Part shown: piece after piece, positions 19,922-29,378 of the stretch
How positions within the stretch are numbered: the first letter of the stretch is position 1
Layout: the number at the start of each line of letters is the position of its first letter
Origin: Spirochaetia bacterium
GTDB lineage: Bacteria > Spirochaetota > Spirochaetia > DSM-16054 > Sediminispirochaetaceae
Assembly (NCBI GenBank): GCA_034520965.1
Contig: JAXHMY010000001.1
Span: forward strand, 608,001 to 672,000
DNA length: 64,000 nt
Reading direction: 5' to 3'
Program-made: the position numbers and the translations under genes
The notes under the pieces: model-generated
Database searches by the model: none
Seen by the model: the letters and a program-made list of their open reading frames with translations, nothing else
What the model was told of the DNA's origin: nothing

Positions 19922-21208
19922 TTAATGCTGAAACAGCACATGAACCACAGTTCCTTTCTCGCCTGATACCTCAATACTACCTTCAAACTGCTCGACCATC
20001 GAGCGGATCAGCATAAATCCAAGTCCCTCCGATTTGCCGTTAATTGCCGATTCAGGTATACCTACTCCGTCATCGCGATAAATAAACTCCAACTTCTGCT
20101 CCGGTTGCCGCCGCAGGACAACACTTATATGCCCTTCTGCCTGGTCCAGGAAACCGTGCTTCAGAGAGTTAGTCACCAATTCATTGGTCATAATACCTAA
20201 ATATGAGAGCTCCTGGGCATCGAAAAGGACATTGTCAATCTCAGTATGAAGCTGCACTTTTTTGCCACCCGGAAAAACTTCAAATATCTCCTTGAGGAGT
20301 GCGGGCAGGTACTCGGCCACCGACATCGATTCGACCATACCCTGGCGGTAGAGCTTGTCATACAACACCATCATACTCTGCAAACGGCTCGCCGCATCAT
20401 ATAGGGCCACTAGAGCATCCGAATTATCAATTGAATCGGCCTGCATTCGCAGAAGTACCTGGACCGAGCTCATATTATTTTTAATACGGTGATGCACCTC
20501 TTTCAGCAGCATTTCCTTTTCTTGGAACTGCCCGTGGAGTTTCCGTCGCATGCTGTTCACCGCTTCGGCCAACTCATTTAATTCATCATCATGCTTCCTG
20601 TTACGTTCAAAGGAGAAGGGTACGGAAAGCGCAGCAGAGTCGCTGCTGCTTTGCAAAAACTCCACGAAATGCGACAGATGTCGTCCAACCATAATATGGA
20701 ACAGAAGTGAAACCGCCAGGGCAAGACTAAGGGCAACCAGAAGGTTGTAGAGAAGAAAGGGCACCTGTCCTTTTATTACATCACTACGCAGTCGCCGGGT
20801 ATTCACATACATGCTTAATTTTCCAACCTGGAGCTCTTCACCCCGGTGTTCATACGTGAGGGTGTGGCGATACTTTTTCATTTCTTCCGCTTTCAGTGTC
20901 GGATTCTCGCGATAGTTTACCGAGTAAAGCCGTCCCTCGTCATCGATAATCTCGACCCGGTCGATATATGGAAACTCAACGATGCTCTCAATCTGTTCCT
21001 GCAGCAGGTCGTAATGGGTCATCCATAGGCTCGAGACCAGCGCGGGAATATGGCTGTGTTCTATTTGTTCAATTTGCTCGGAGACCCGCTGGTATTCTTG
21101 CCGGTAGGCGGCCAGGCTCATAAGCGGGGCAAACACAGCTGTAAGAACCAGTATCAGGAGCATGGTATACAGTGTATAGCGTCGGGCAATCGACATAGCG
21201 GCCCTCAA
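19922..21208 (-). CDS. Membrane sensor histidine kinase (HisKA_2/HWE type)
   Basis: 2 TM + HAMP; KEVHHRIKNN, NELVTNSLKH, DDGVG. Confidence 0.88.
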   Translation of the reverse strand: MRAAMSIARRYTLYTMLLILVLTAVFAPLMSLAAYRQEYQRVSEQIEQIEHSHIPALVSSLWMTHYDLLQEQIESIVEFPYIDRVEIIDDEGRLYSVNYRENPTLKAEEMKKYRHTLTYEHRGEELQVGKLSMYVNTRRLRSDVIKGQVPFLLYNLLVALSLALAVSLLFHIMVGRHLSHFVEFLQSSSDSAALSVPFSFERNRKHDDELNELAEAVNSMRRKLHGQFQEKEMLLKEVHHRIKNNMSSVQVLLRMQADSIDNSDALVALYDAASRLQSMMVLYDKLYRQGMVESMSVAEYLPALLKEIFEVFPGGKKVQLHTEIDNVLFDAQELSYLGIMTNELVTNSLKHGFLDQAEGHISVVLRRQPEQKLEFIYRDDGVGIPESAINGKSEGLGFMLIRSMVEQFEGSIEVSGEKGTVVHVLFQH

Positions 21209-21960
21209 GGCTTTAGATACGGATCGGTCGAATCGCTGACGATACGCTGGTAGCTGCCGTCGTCCTTCATACTCTGCAAAGCATCCGCAATTTTAGGAAC
21301 TAGGTCGGCGTGTCTTTTATGTACGTACAAATACATTTTACGGCTCGCCAGGGGAGGTTCGAGGTGAAATATTTCATCGTAGTTCATCTCTTTCAAGGCC
21401 GCATACCCGGTCAGCTTGGAATAGAGGGCAACATCCAACCTTTCCTTATGCAGCATGCTGAACAATTCGCTTTCACTTGGAACCAGGGTACGATGGGGAA
21501 AGCCCGCGGTATTCTGCTCCAGAATTTTCCACCCCCGAACAATTCCTATATACAAATTACGGATACTCTCCCACCCGTCTATTTGGAAGTCTTGCGTGGC
21601 AAAGGCAACAAAATGCATAGTCATATTCGGCTCGGGTACCTGCAGCAGGTTGGGAAACTGATTTTCCATGCCGGCAACCCGGTTCAACTCTCCATCGAGC
21701 AATCCGGCATTTACATCCACCAATGATTTCTCGGTACGGGTAAAGACTATCTCAGCCTCGAGGCCTATCCTGTCGAAAACTTCTTTCATTATACGGTCGA
21801 GCATACCGCTCTTTTCAGTGTTGGAGAGGAGGTTTTTGTAGGAAGTACTAATGTAGAACTTGTTATCGTTCCCGTACACTGCCGACAGCATAACAAGCAG
21901 CATAAGGAGGAGACCCACGGTTTTCTTCACATTGCCTCCTGTTTTACTCATTTTATTCAA
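21205..21960 (-). CDS. Periplasmic substrate-binding protein (family 3-like)
   Basis: Signal peptide; IGIVRGW, MLHKERLDV, ALQSMKDDGSYQRI. Confidence 0.75.
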   Translation of the reverse strand: MNKMSKTGGNVKKTVGLLLMLLVMLSAVYGNDNKFYISTSYKNLLSNTEKSGMLDRIMKEVFDRIGLEAEIVFTRTEKSLVDVNAGLLDGELNRVAGMENQFPNLLQVPEPNMTMHFVAFATQDFQIDGWESIRNLYIGIVRGWKILEQNTAGFPHRTLVPSESELFSMLHKERLDVALYSKLTGYAALKEMNYDEIFHLEPPLASRKMYLYVHKRHADLVPKIADALQSMKDDGSYQRIVSDSTDPYLKP

Positions 21961-22077
21961 TTTGAGGCCGTCCTGGTGATAAGATAAATTATTCGAGGAG
22001 TGAAGGCAATAGATCGAGGACTGCCTGAGGGGAAGTTAAGTTTTTTACACTTTTTTGTATTATTTTTCCCGCCGCAA

Positions 22078-22121
22078 TTGACAAATAGAATATTTGATAG
22101 TATGTTAGTTATCGTTAACTA
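22078..22121 (+). promoter_or_regulatory. tetR promoter with overlapping operator
   Basis: TTGACA (22078)-N17-TATGTT; operator TGTTAGTTATCGTTAACTA at 22103-22121 contains TAGTTA-N4-TAACTA. Confidence 0.75.
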
Positions 22122-22168
22122 AGTATTATACGTATAAAACAGCAGTAGCTCAAGGAGGGATGTAACAA

Positions 22169-22789
22169 ATGAACAATTTTACCGACCGTCAGAAGGACTT
22201 CCTTAATGCGGCAATCGATATCGTCTCCCGTCAAGGCTTCAGCAAGCTGACGATCCGAAATGTATCTGCTGCGGTGGGTGTGAGCGAGCCGGCGGTTTAC
22301 CGTCATTTTCCCAACAAACTGGCCCTGCTGACGGCTATGCTGGAGGATCTTCAGGGGGCTATTCTGCCCCACTTCCGGGCACTGCGGGAAGGGGCGGATC
22401 AACCCAGGGAAACCTTTTCCGGGTTTATCCGCGGACTGTTCGAAGAGTTCAAACTGCGTCCGGCCTATGCCCCCTTTATTTTTTCGGAAGAGATATTCCA
22501 CAATGAACCGCAGTTGCGCGAAAAGCTGCAGCAGGTACTGGGCGGAAATATTGCCGTGCTGACCGAATCTTTCGAAGCCCTGCAAATCGACAAAAGCTGT
22601 CGGACCGATATTGAAGCACAGCAGATGGCCCTGATAACCCTTGCCTCCATTCGCCTGGCGGTCAGCCGCTGGCACATCAGCGAAGGGAGAGTGAGGCTGA
22701 AGGACCTGGCCAATCAGTTAATCGATACCCTGAGCACCCTTTTCGAGCTTGGCTCCGTAAATGTTACCGCCAAGAAGCAACAAGACTGA
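22169..22789 (+). CDS. TetR/AcrR-family regulator
   Basis: GFSKLTIRNVSAAVGVSEPAVYRHFPNK HTH. Confidence 0.93.
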   Translation: MNNFTDRQKDFLNAAIDIVSRQGFSKLTIRNVSAAVGVSEPAVYRHFPNKLALLTAMLEDLQGAILPHFRALREGADQPRETFSGFIRGLFEEFKLRPAYAPFIFSEEIFHNEPQLREKLQQVLGGNIAVLTESFEALQIDKSCRTDIEAQQMALITLASIRLAVSRWHISEGRVRLKDLANQLIDTLSTLFELGSVNVTAKKQQD

Positions 22790-22847
22790 TTAATAGAAGC
22801 AACCGTGCCGGTTCGGCTCAGGTTCCCTGGCATAGTTGAGCCCGATT

Positions 22848-22866
22848 TGTTAGTTATCGTTAACTA
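22848..22866. promoter_or_regulatory. Second identical TetR operator, before the RND gene
   Basis: Exact 19-bp copy TGTTAGTTATCGTTAACTA. Confidence 0.75.
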
Positions 22867-22880
22867 CTATAAGGAGAAAG

Positions 22881-25223
22881 ATGCAGATGAACAACGTGTA
22901 TCAAAAAATTGCAAAAAAGCCGGCTTTAGTTATTTTGCTTATAATTGCCCTGACCGGCCTGTTCGTGTACGGAATTGCCCGTAACGCGGAAATAGTCACC
23001 GACCTGGACGAGTATATGCCCTCCGATCATCCGGCCTTTGTATTCAGCGACCAGGCGGAGGAGCAGTTCGGCATTCAGGACAACATTCTGCTGGCCATCG
23101 AACACCCGCAGTCGATCTATAATACCGGCACCCTTCAAAAGATAAAAGCTATATCGCAAGAACTGCCGGAACGCTTTGATGAAATCGATGATGGAGACGT
23201 GACCTCCCTCTACACAGCTGAAAACATAACCGCGGACGAATGGGGCCTGACCGTAAGACCCTTTTATGAAGAGGTGCCCCAGGATGCAGCGCAAATTCAA
23301 GCACTGCAATCCGCCGTAGAAAGCAACGACATGATCCACGGCCGGATCGTGAGCCAAAGTGCAAATGCAGCACTGATAATTGCAGAGATCGGTGATGATG
23401 CCTTTACCGACAGTTTTTATACCGAGCTGCAGAAATTCGCCGCCCAATGGGAGGGCCCGGAGACGGTGTACATTGCCGGCCGACCGGTGGTTGAGGGGGA
23501 ACTTACCAAGCTTGGCCCCAAAGACATGGCCCGCATGGCCCCGCTGGTAATTGTAATGATGACCGCCCTGTTACTGATTCTTCTACGGAGCGTGCGCAGT
23601 ACCATCATCAATTTGATTATTGTTCTGTTCGCTACAATAGCGGCTTTCGGCCTGATGGCCCTGCTGCAGGTACCGGTGTATACGGTCAGCACCATGATTC
23701 CGGTGATGCTAATTGCCATAGGAGTGGCGTATGGAATTCACATGCATAACTCCATTGTTCATCTGAGCCGGGAAAAACCTGACATATCCAGAGAGGAACT
23801 GGTCAGCGAAACCCTGAAAGCAATGGTACGCCCGGTTTCGATGGCGGCAATCACTACGGCGGTGGGCTTCTTATCGCTGATGACCAGCCAGGTGCTCCCG
23901 GTACGTTTTTTCGGCCTGTTTACCGCCTTTGGTGTGATAACCGAGATGCTGTTGGCCCTGATTCTGTATCCGGCTGCAGTATATATGTTCGGACCCTTCA
24001 AATCGCGGCAGTCAAAGCCTGAGCGATCCATGGGTAAACCCCGCAATCCGAAAAACAAGCCTGCCCTCAGTCACCGTTTCGGCGCCAAACTTCTAGCGCG
24101 ACCAAAGCTGGTGGTGGCGGCAGCAGTTCTGGTGGCGGCATTGGCGGCGCTCGGCACCACCCAGGTATGGATAGACACCAGCTTCCTGGCCAACTTTCAG
24201 GAGGACAGTCGGGTGGTAAAAACCGACAAATTCGTAAACCGCAATTTCGGCGGAACCTCTACCTTTAACGTAATCTTCAGCAGCGACCAGGCGGACACCT
24301 TCAAACAGCCCGAGGTTTTGGAGGTCATCGACCAGCTGCAGAGCGAGGTTGAATCAAAACCGGTGGTCGGTGACAGCTTTGCCATTACCGATTACATGAA
24401 GCGCATGCACCAGGTAATGCACTCGGACGACCCCGACTACAACAAAATCCCCGACTCTCAGGAGATGATAGCCCAATACCTTCTGTTATACGAGATGTCC
24501 GGCGACCCGGACAACCTGAACCAGGTAGTTGATTACGACTACATGAATGCCAACTTGACCTTTCAGCTCAAAAGCGACAGCTCGGCGGTGATGGAAGACA
24601 TTATCGAGGTGATAGAGCCCTACATTCCCCTTCTTACCGAACACGGCGTCGAGGTTGACTACGCCGGCAGCGGATATAAGTCGCTGGTGTTTGCCACTCT
24701 GCTGCTGGAAGGACAAATTCTCAGTCTTCTGATTTCCTTCGGTATCGTAGCCCTGCTGCTGACACTTATGTTCCGCAGCTTGTGGATAGGACTGGCCGGT
24801 ACCATCCCCATTGCAATTACTGCAATGGTCAACTTCGGGACCATGGGTTTGCTGGGTATCCCATTGAGCTCGGCTACCGCAATTATATCCGGTATCGCTA
24901 TAGGAATAGGTGTGGACTACGCGATTCATTTGATCGAACGTTACCGTTCTATGCGCAGCGAAGGCCTTGACCGGCAGGAAGCGGCCTACGAGACCCTCGG
25001 ACACACCGGTCGGGCTATTATCTATAACGCCATAGCGGTTATGGGAGGTTTCGCAGTACTGCTAATCAGCGTGTTTCCGCCGAACCGTCAGGTGGGAGGC
25101 TTAATTGCACTTAATATGGCTACCAGTGCCGTCGGCACTTTAACAATTCTATTGATAGTGGTGGTTTTTATCGACCGCCGCACAAAAACTTTTCAGTCTA
25201 AAAATTCCAAAAAGGAGGAATAA
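22881..25223 (+). CDS. RND/MMPL-family exporter
   Basis: Two repeats of TM + large loop + 5 TM; GIGVDYAIH and AIGVAYGIH. Confidence 0.9.
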   Translation: MQMNNVYQKIAKKPALVILLIIALTGLFVYGIARNAEIVTDLDEYMPSDHPAFVFSDQAEEQFGIQDNILLAIEHPQSIYNTGTLQKIKAISQELPERFDEIDDGDVTSLYTAENITADEWGLTVRPFYEEVPQDAAQIQALQSAVESNDMIHGRIVSQSANAALIIAEIGDDAFTDSFYTELQKFAAQWEGPETVYIAGRPVVEGELTKLGPKDMARMAPLVIVMMTALLLILLRSVRSTIINLIIVLFATIAAFGLMALLQVPVYTVSTMIPVMLIAIGVAYGIHMHNSIVHLSREKPDISREELVSETLKAMVRPVSMAAITTAVGFLSLMTSQVLPVRFFGLFTAFGVITEMLLALILYPAAVYMFGPFKSRQSKPERSMGKPRNPKNKPALSHRFGAKLLARPKLVVAAAVLVAALAALGTTQVWIDTSFLANFQEDSRVVKTDKFVNRNFGGTSTFNVIFSSDQADTFKQPEVLEVIDQLQSEVESKPVVGDSFAITDYMKRMHQVMHSDDPDYNKIPDSQEMIAQYLLLYEMSGDPDNLNQVVDYDYMNANLTFQLKSDSSAVMEDIIEVIEPYIPLLTEHGVEVDYAGSGYKSLVFATLLLEGQILSLLISFGIVALLLTLMFRSLWIGLAGTIPIAITAMVNFGTMGLLGIPLSSATAIISGIAIGIGVDYAIHLIERYRSMRSEGLDRQEAAYETLGHTGRAIIYNAIAVMGGFAVLLISVFPPNRQVGGLIALNMATSAVGTLTILLIVVVFIDRRTKTFQSKNSKKEE

Positions 25224-25224
25224 T

Positions 25225-26010
25225 ATGCACCCAAGACTAAGAACGTTTGCTTTGACCCTGATATTTTTAATGAGTACCGCGGGCCTGCTGTTGGCAGCGC
25301 CCAGCGGAAAACAGGTGATGGAGAATGTCTATAATCGCCCCAGCGGTGAAGAAATGACCGCCGACCTGGTGATGACACTGACCAACTCGCGCGGATCTAC
25401 CCGTGAACGCAGCATCACCCAGTTCAGTTTGGATACCGGCGGAGTAGATAAGAAGATGATGTTCTTTCTTGCTCCGGCGGATGTAAAGGACACCAGCTTT
25501 ATGAGCTGGTCCTACGACGACGACCGTGATGACGATCAGTGGATCTACATGCCGGCTCTCAGGCGGGTAAAACGCATCAGTTCCGACAGCAAGAACGACC
25601 GCTTTATGGGCTCGGATTTCACCTACGACCACCTGGGCGAAAGGCATCCGGAAGAGGACCGTCATACGGTTCTGCGGGAAGAGAACTATAAGGGAGAGTC
25701 CTGCTATGTGATCGAGAGTGTTCCGGTGGGCGACGATGCTGCCTTCAGTAAAACCGTCAGCTGGATTGCTAAGGACAAATGGATCGGCCTGCAGCGGGAA
25801 TATTACGATGATAAAGACCAAATATACAAAACCCTGAACATCGAGGACTTTGAACAGATCGACGGCTATTGGGTTATTACCAATATGCTTATGAAGGACC
25901 TGGACCGCGATCACTCTACCCGTATTGAAATGGAAAATGTCAAATTCGACACCGGCCTGACCGACAGTTTTTTCTCCGAACGGCAGATGCAGCGCGGTCC
26001 GCGTCGATAG
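25225..26010 (+). CDS. Outer-membrane lipoprotein-sorting (LolA-like) protein
   Basis: DDQWIYMPALRRVKRIS...FMGSDFTYD. Confidence 0.85.
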   Translation: MHPRLRTFALTLIFLMSTAGLLLAAPSGKQVMENVYNRPSGEEMTADLVMTLTNSRGSTRERSITQFSLDTGGVDKKMMFFLAPADVKDTSFMSWSYDDDRDDDQWIYMPALRRVKRISSDSKNDRFMGSDFTYDHLGERHPEEDRHTVLREENYKGESCYVIESVPVGDDAAFSKTVSWIAKDKWIGLQREYYDDKDQIYKTLNIEDFEQIDGYWVITNMLMKDLDRDHSTRIEMENVKFDTGLTDSFFSERQMQRGPRR

Positions 26011-26025
26011 AACAAGGAGGATTTT

Positions 26026-27276
26026 ATGAGATCACTTACGTACATCAACAAAAGAAATCTTATCGGCAGCCTGGTCCTTTTAACGGCCATGGCGATGCTG
26101 ATGCCGAATATGCTCTTCGCAAAGGATATTGATTTTAGCGGCATGCTGCGCAGCTACACCGGCGCCCGCCTTTCCGAGGGGGATGTGCCGATTACCGAAC
26201 AAACTGCAGACGTTAAGATGGAGGGCTGGGGAGAGGACACCCACATCATGTTGAATCCCTATGCCTACATCGGAGCCGACGGCGAACCGGAGATCGGCAT
26301 GCGAGAGGCCTACCTCGACCTGTATTTTCCCTCGATGGACATCCGGGTCGGCAAACAGGCAATAGTCTGGGGCGAGGCCGAAGGGGCCTTTATTACCGAC
26401 ATCGTCAGCCCCCAGGACCTGCGCTCCTTTATCCTGGCCGACTTTACAGAGATACGCATGGGAGTTCCAGCGGTCAAGGCCGACTACTTTGCCGGCCCCC
26501 TGACCTTCGAGGCAGTCTGGCTACCCCGCTTCATTCCGACCGAACTGCCGGATCAGAGTTCAATCTGGTACACCGATCAGATGAACATGATGAGCGTCCC
26601 CGAACTGCCCTCCGATGATCTGGAGAACAGTGAACTCTTCGGCAAGGTCAGTTACTTCGGCGCTGCCTTTAACGGAGAGCTAATGGCAGGCTACGCCTGG
26701 GACGACAACCCCGTGCTGGAAGGCAGCGCCCCCAACCCCGATGCGTCGTACCAACGCTATACAGTCGTCGGAGGCAGCTTCAGCACCACCCTCGGCTCGG
26801 TAGTCCTGCGCTCGGAGGCGGCGGCCTACCTGAACAAGGCTTTTACCAGCCTTGAAAATCCCGGAACCCCGTTGGCTGCTTTCGCCACCAGCGACTACCA
26901 CCAGCTGCACGGGCTGGCGGGGCTGGATTGGAGCCTGTTCGGTGTAGACATGTCCTCCCAGTACATCCTGCAGTATATCCACGACTACGACGCCGCGCTT
27001 ATGTCCGACGAATACGACCATACCCTCACCTTCCGGATGCGGGATTCAAATATGGCCCAAACCCTCACCTGGGAGCTGTTCACTTATGTAGGCTTCGATC
27101 CGGAGGATATTGAAAACTCCACCGATGCTCTGCTGCGACCCTCCCTTACCTACAGCATAGAAGACGGGGTCGAGATTCAATCCGGTGTTGAAATATTCCT
27201 TGGCGATGAGGCCGGCAATTTCGGAAAGTATGAGGATAACACCATGGCCTATGTTTCACTTCGGTGGTACTTCTAA
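26026..27276 (+). CDS. Outer-membrane beta-barrel protein (DUF1302-like)
   Basis: Signal peptide; REAYLD...RVGKQAIVWG; C-terminal YVSLRWYF. Confidence 0.7.
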   Translation: MRSLTYINKRNLIGSLVLLTAMAMLMPNMLFAKDIDFSGMLRSYTGARLSEGDVPITEQTADVKMEGWGEDTHIMLNPYAYIGADGEPEIGMREAYLDLYFPSMDIRVGKQAIVWGEAEGAFITDIVSPQDLRSFILADFTEIRMGVPAVKADYFAGPLTFEAVWLPRFIPTELPDQSSIWYTDQMNMMSVPELPSDDLENSELFGKVSYFGAAFNGELMAGYAWDDNPVLEGSAPNPDASYQRYTVVGGSFSTTLGSVVLRSEAAAYLNKAFTSLENPGTPLAAFATSDYHQLHGLAGLDWSLFGVDMSSQYILQYIHDYDAALMSDEYDHTLTFRMRDSNMAQTLTWELFTYVGFDPEDIENSTDALLRPSLTYSIEDGVEIQSGVEIFLGDEAGNFGKYEDNTMAYVSLRWYF

Positions 27277-27307
27277 TATAGAGTACTTCCGCCGTTCATT
27301 TTTCTTT

Positions 27308-27386
27308 CCGCCGGCCGGCGGCCTTCCTTCAGTTATTCACCGGCCGGCGGCCTTCCTTCAGTTATTCACCGGCCGGCGGTTTTTTT
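27308..27386 (+). terminator. Intrinsic terminator containing a 29-bp tandem duplication
   Basis: CCGGCCGGCGGCCTTCCTTCAGTTATTCA at 27311 and 27340, partial copy at 27369, then T7; stem CCGCCGGCCGG/CCGGCCGGCGG. Confidence 0.65.
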
Positions 27387-27401
27387 CGGCACCGAAGATC
27401 G

Positions 27402-27419
27402 ATGTACCATAGGTTACAT
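27402..27419. promoter_or_regulatory. Crp/Fnr-type operator upstream of the cupin-permease unit
   Basis: ATGTACC-ATAG-GTTACAT; same core as the 16893 site; centred about -41.5 relative to TAATAA at 27440. Confidence 0.55.
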
Positions 27420-27464
27420 TCAAACACAACTGTTCTGTGTAATAAAAAAACAAGGAGATTTATT

Positions 27465-27782
27465 ATGAACATTATTCAGCCCGAACAGGGCGACACCGCT
27501 TATGAAAAAAATGCCGTAACAGCAAAAAAACTTCTCTCCAAATCGGAGGTAGAGGTAGTCCGAGTAGAATTGGCGCCCGGCAGCAGCCTGCCGGTGCACA
27601 GCACTCCGGTGGATGTTTTCTTTTTTATCATAGAAGGCCACGGAGAAGTTGAGATTGGTGAGGAACGCGAGGCCGTAACTGCCGGTGCTCTGGTAGAGAG
27701 CCCGAAAAATATACCCCATGGACTGCATAACACCTCGGATAGTTCCTTGAAAATACTTGTAGTCAAAACTCCCAAACCATAG
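27465..27782 (+). CDS. Cupin-domain protein
   Basis: PVHSTPVDVFFFIIEGHG...PKNIPHGLHN; AAGGAG RBS. Confidence 0.85.
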   Translation: MNIIQPEQGDTAYEKNAVTAKKLLSKSEVEVVRVELAPGSSLPVHSTPVDVFFFIIEGHGEVEIGEEREAVTAGALVESPKNIPHGLHNTSDSSLKILVVKTPKP

Positions 27783-27787
27783 ACGCC

Positions 27788-28264
27788 ATGACAGCAGTAA
27801 TAATCAACATAATCGCTCTGGGGGCGTTTGCAGTTGCCTTCTCCCGCAATCGAAAAAAGGCCCTTAAGTCTATAAAGGTAGCGACAAAAATGTTTCTGGG
27901 AATTCTGCCTATGCTTATCATCATAATTCTGCTAATCGGTCTGCTCTTCGGTTTTGTGTCGGGAGGAGGGGCTGCAGCAGTTTATCGGCGAGCAGTCGGG
28001 ACCCCTGGGAGTTTTACTGGTAGCGGTAACCAGTGCGGTGCTGCACATACCCCGCGTTACTGGCCTTCCCCTCTCAGCCTCTCTACTGGCTAAGGGGGCA
28101 TCGATTACAGTTATCGCCACATTTATTACCAGCCTTACTATGATAGGGTGGTAACCCTGCCGCTGGAGATAAAAGAGCTTGGAGGACGATTCGCTGCCCT
28201 GCGTAACGGAACGAGTTTCGTTGCGGCCCTCACGATATCACTGTTAATGGGGCTGGTTATATGA
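27788..28264 (+). CDS. DUF318/ArsP-like permease half, with frameshifts
   Basis: Segments in changing frames (MTAVII..., IGEQSGPLG...PLSASLLAKGAS...LTMIG, VTLPLEIKELG...RN) resemble 29375..29890. Confidence 0.65.
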
Positions 28265-28752
28265 AAAAGAGTGTAAGACAGGGGGTGCCGGTTATTGCAT
28301 TGGCACTTATAAGCGCAGTGCTATTGTATCTGCGGCCTGAATCCAGAACTCCCTTCGGCACCACCATTCTCGATTATGCCATGGAACTGATTGTGGTGTT
28401 GCCGGCGGTACTGCTGCTGATGGGGCTCCTATCACTTTTTATCTCCAACGAGTTCATCAGCACCCATCTGGGCAGCGAATCGGGGCTGAAGGGTATGGCG
28501 GTGGCCTTTCTGCTGGGGACCTTGCCAACGGGGCCGGTATACATGGCCTTTCCCATTGCCCGTACCCTTCGAGATAAGGGCGCCCGGGTGGCAAACTTCT
28601 ATATTTTCCTATCGGCCTGGGCCTGCATTAAGATACCGCAAGAGCTGGTGGAACTACGATTTTTGGGGTTTGAGTTCATGGCCTACCGGTTAACATTTAC
28701 CATAATCATGGTATCGCTGTTGAGTTTTGTTGTTGAGAAATTTGCACATTAG
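28261..28752 (+). CDS. DUF318/ArsP-like permease half
   Basis: HLGSESGLKG...GPVYMAFPIA...IKIPQELVELRFLG. Confidence 0.8.
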   Translation: MKKSVRQGVPVIALALISAVLLYLRPESRTPFGTTILDYAMELIVVLPAVLLLMGLLSLFISNEFISTHLGSESGLKGMAVAFLLGTLPTGPVYMAFPIARTLRDKGARVANFYIFLSAWACIKIPQELVELRFLGFEFMAYRLTFTIIMVSLLSFVVEKFAH

Positions 28753-28827
28753 CGATTCTAAGCGTGGAAGACTTTTGACTTCATAGCTAAGAATTCACAT
28801 CAATTTCTTTGCAAATTTTTATATATC
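28751..28827 (+). repeat. Degenerate copy of the palindromic element at 52473-52550
   Basis: 47 of 61 positions identical to the reverse complement of 52490-52550 by manual ungapped alignment. Confidence 0.75.
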
Positions 28828-28850
28828 TCGACCTTTATACAGACGAACGG

Positions 28851-29378
28851 CTACTGCAAATTTATTTCATACTCCCGGCGCTGCAGATATTCCCCCATAA
28901 GCTCGGAAGAGAGTACTATAAGGGGAACGGCTATCGCATAGCGGATCAGGGTAAACTCGATCCCCAGAAAAGAGGCTTCAAAGAGGGTCATCGGGATGCG
29001 ACAGACACCGGAGGCCCCTATATAGGTAAACAGAAAGGATAGGCGAGCGCCCTTGCGTTGCAGGGCGGCCGCAACCGGAAAGGCTACATACAGTCCACCC
29101 ACAGTGGTTCCGGCCAACAGTACCGCCCACAAGTGCGCCCGCAGACCGGCCTGCTTGCCTAGATGTCGCTCAACCACATGCTTTGGCACCCAGACTTCAA
29201 ACAGCCCGATTAAAATAAAGGCAAAGGGTACTATTTTAACCATTTCCCCGCCGAACTGCAAAAAACGGCGGCCCGCCGTGAGACCAAACTCAAAGCGGAA
29301 CAGGAGTGATCCCACAATAAACAATCCAAACAGGAGTCCCGGCAACAGGGGTTTTATGGGCGAATAAAACTTACTCAT
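28851..29378 (-). CDS. DUF318/ArsP-like permease half
   Basis: HLGKQAG...GGLYVAFPVA...RIPMTLFEASFLG. Confidence 0.8.
   Translation of the reverse strand: MSKFYSPIKPLLPGLLFGLFIVGSLLFRFEFGLTAGRRFLQFGGEMVKIVPFAFILIGLFEVWVPKHVVERHLGKQAGLRAHLWAVLLAGTTVGGLYVAFPVAAALQRKGARLSFLFTYIGASGVCRIPMTLFEASFLGIEFTLIRYAIAVPLIVLSSELMGEYLQRREYEINLQ

Noticed and set aside
27311..27379. 29-bp direct repeats as a mini CRISPR array
   Set aside because: Repeats abut with no spacers, form part of a terminator, and no cas genes are present
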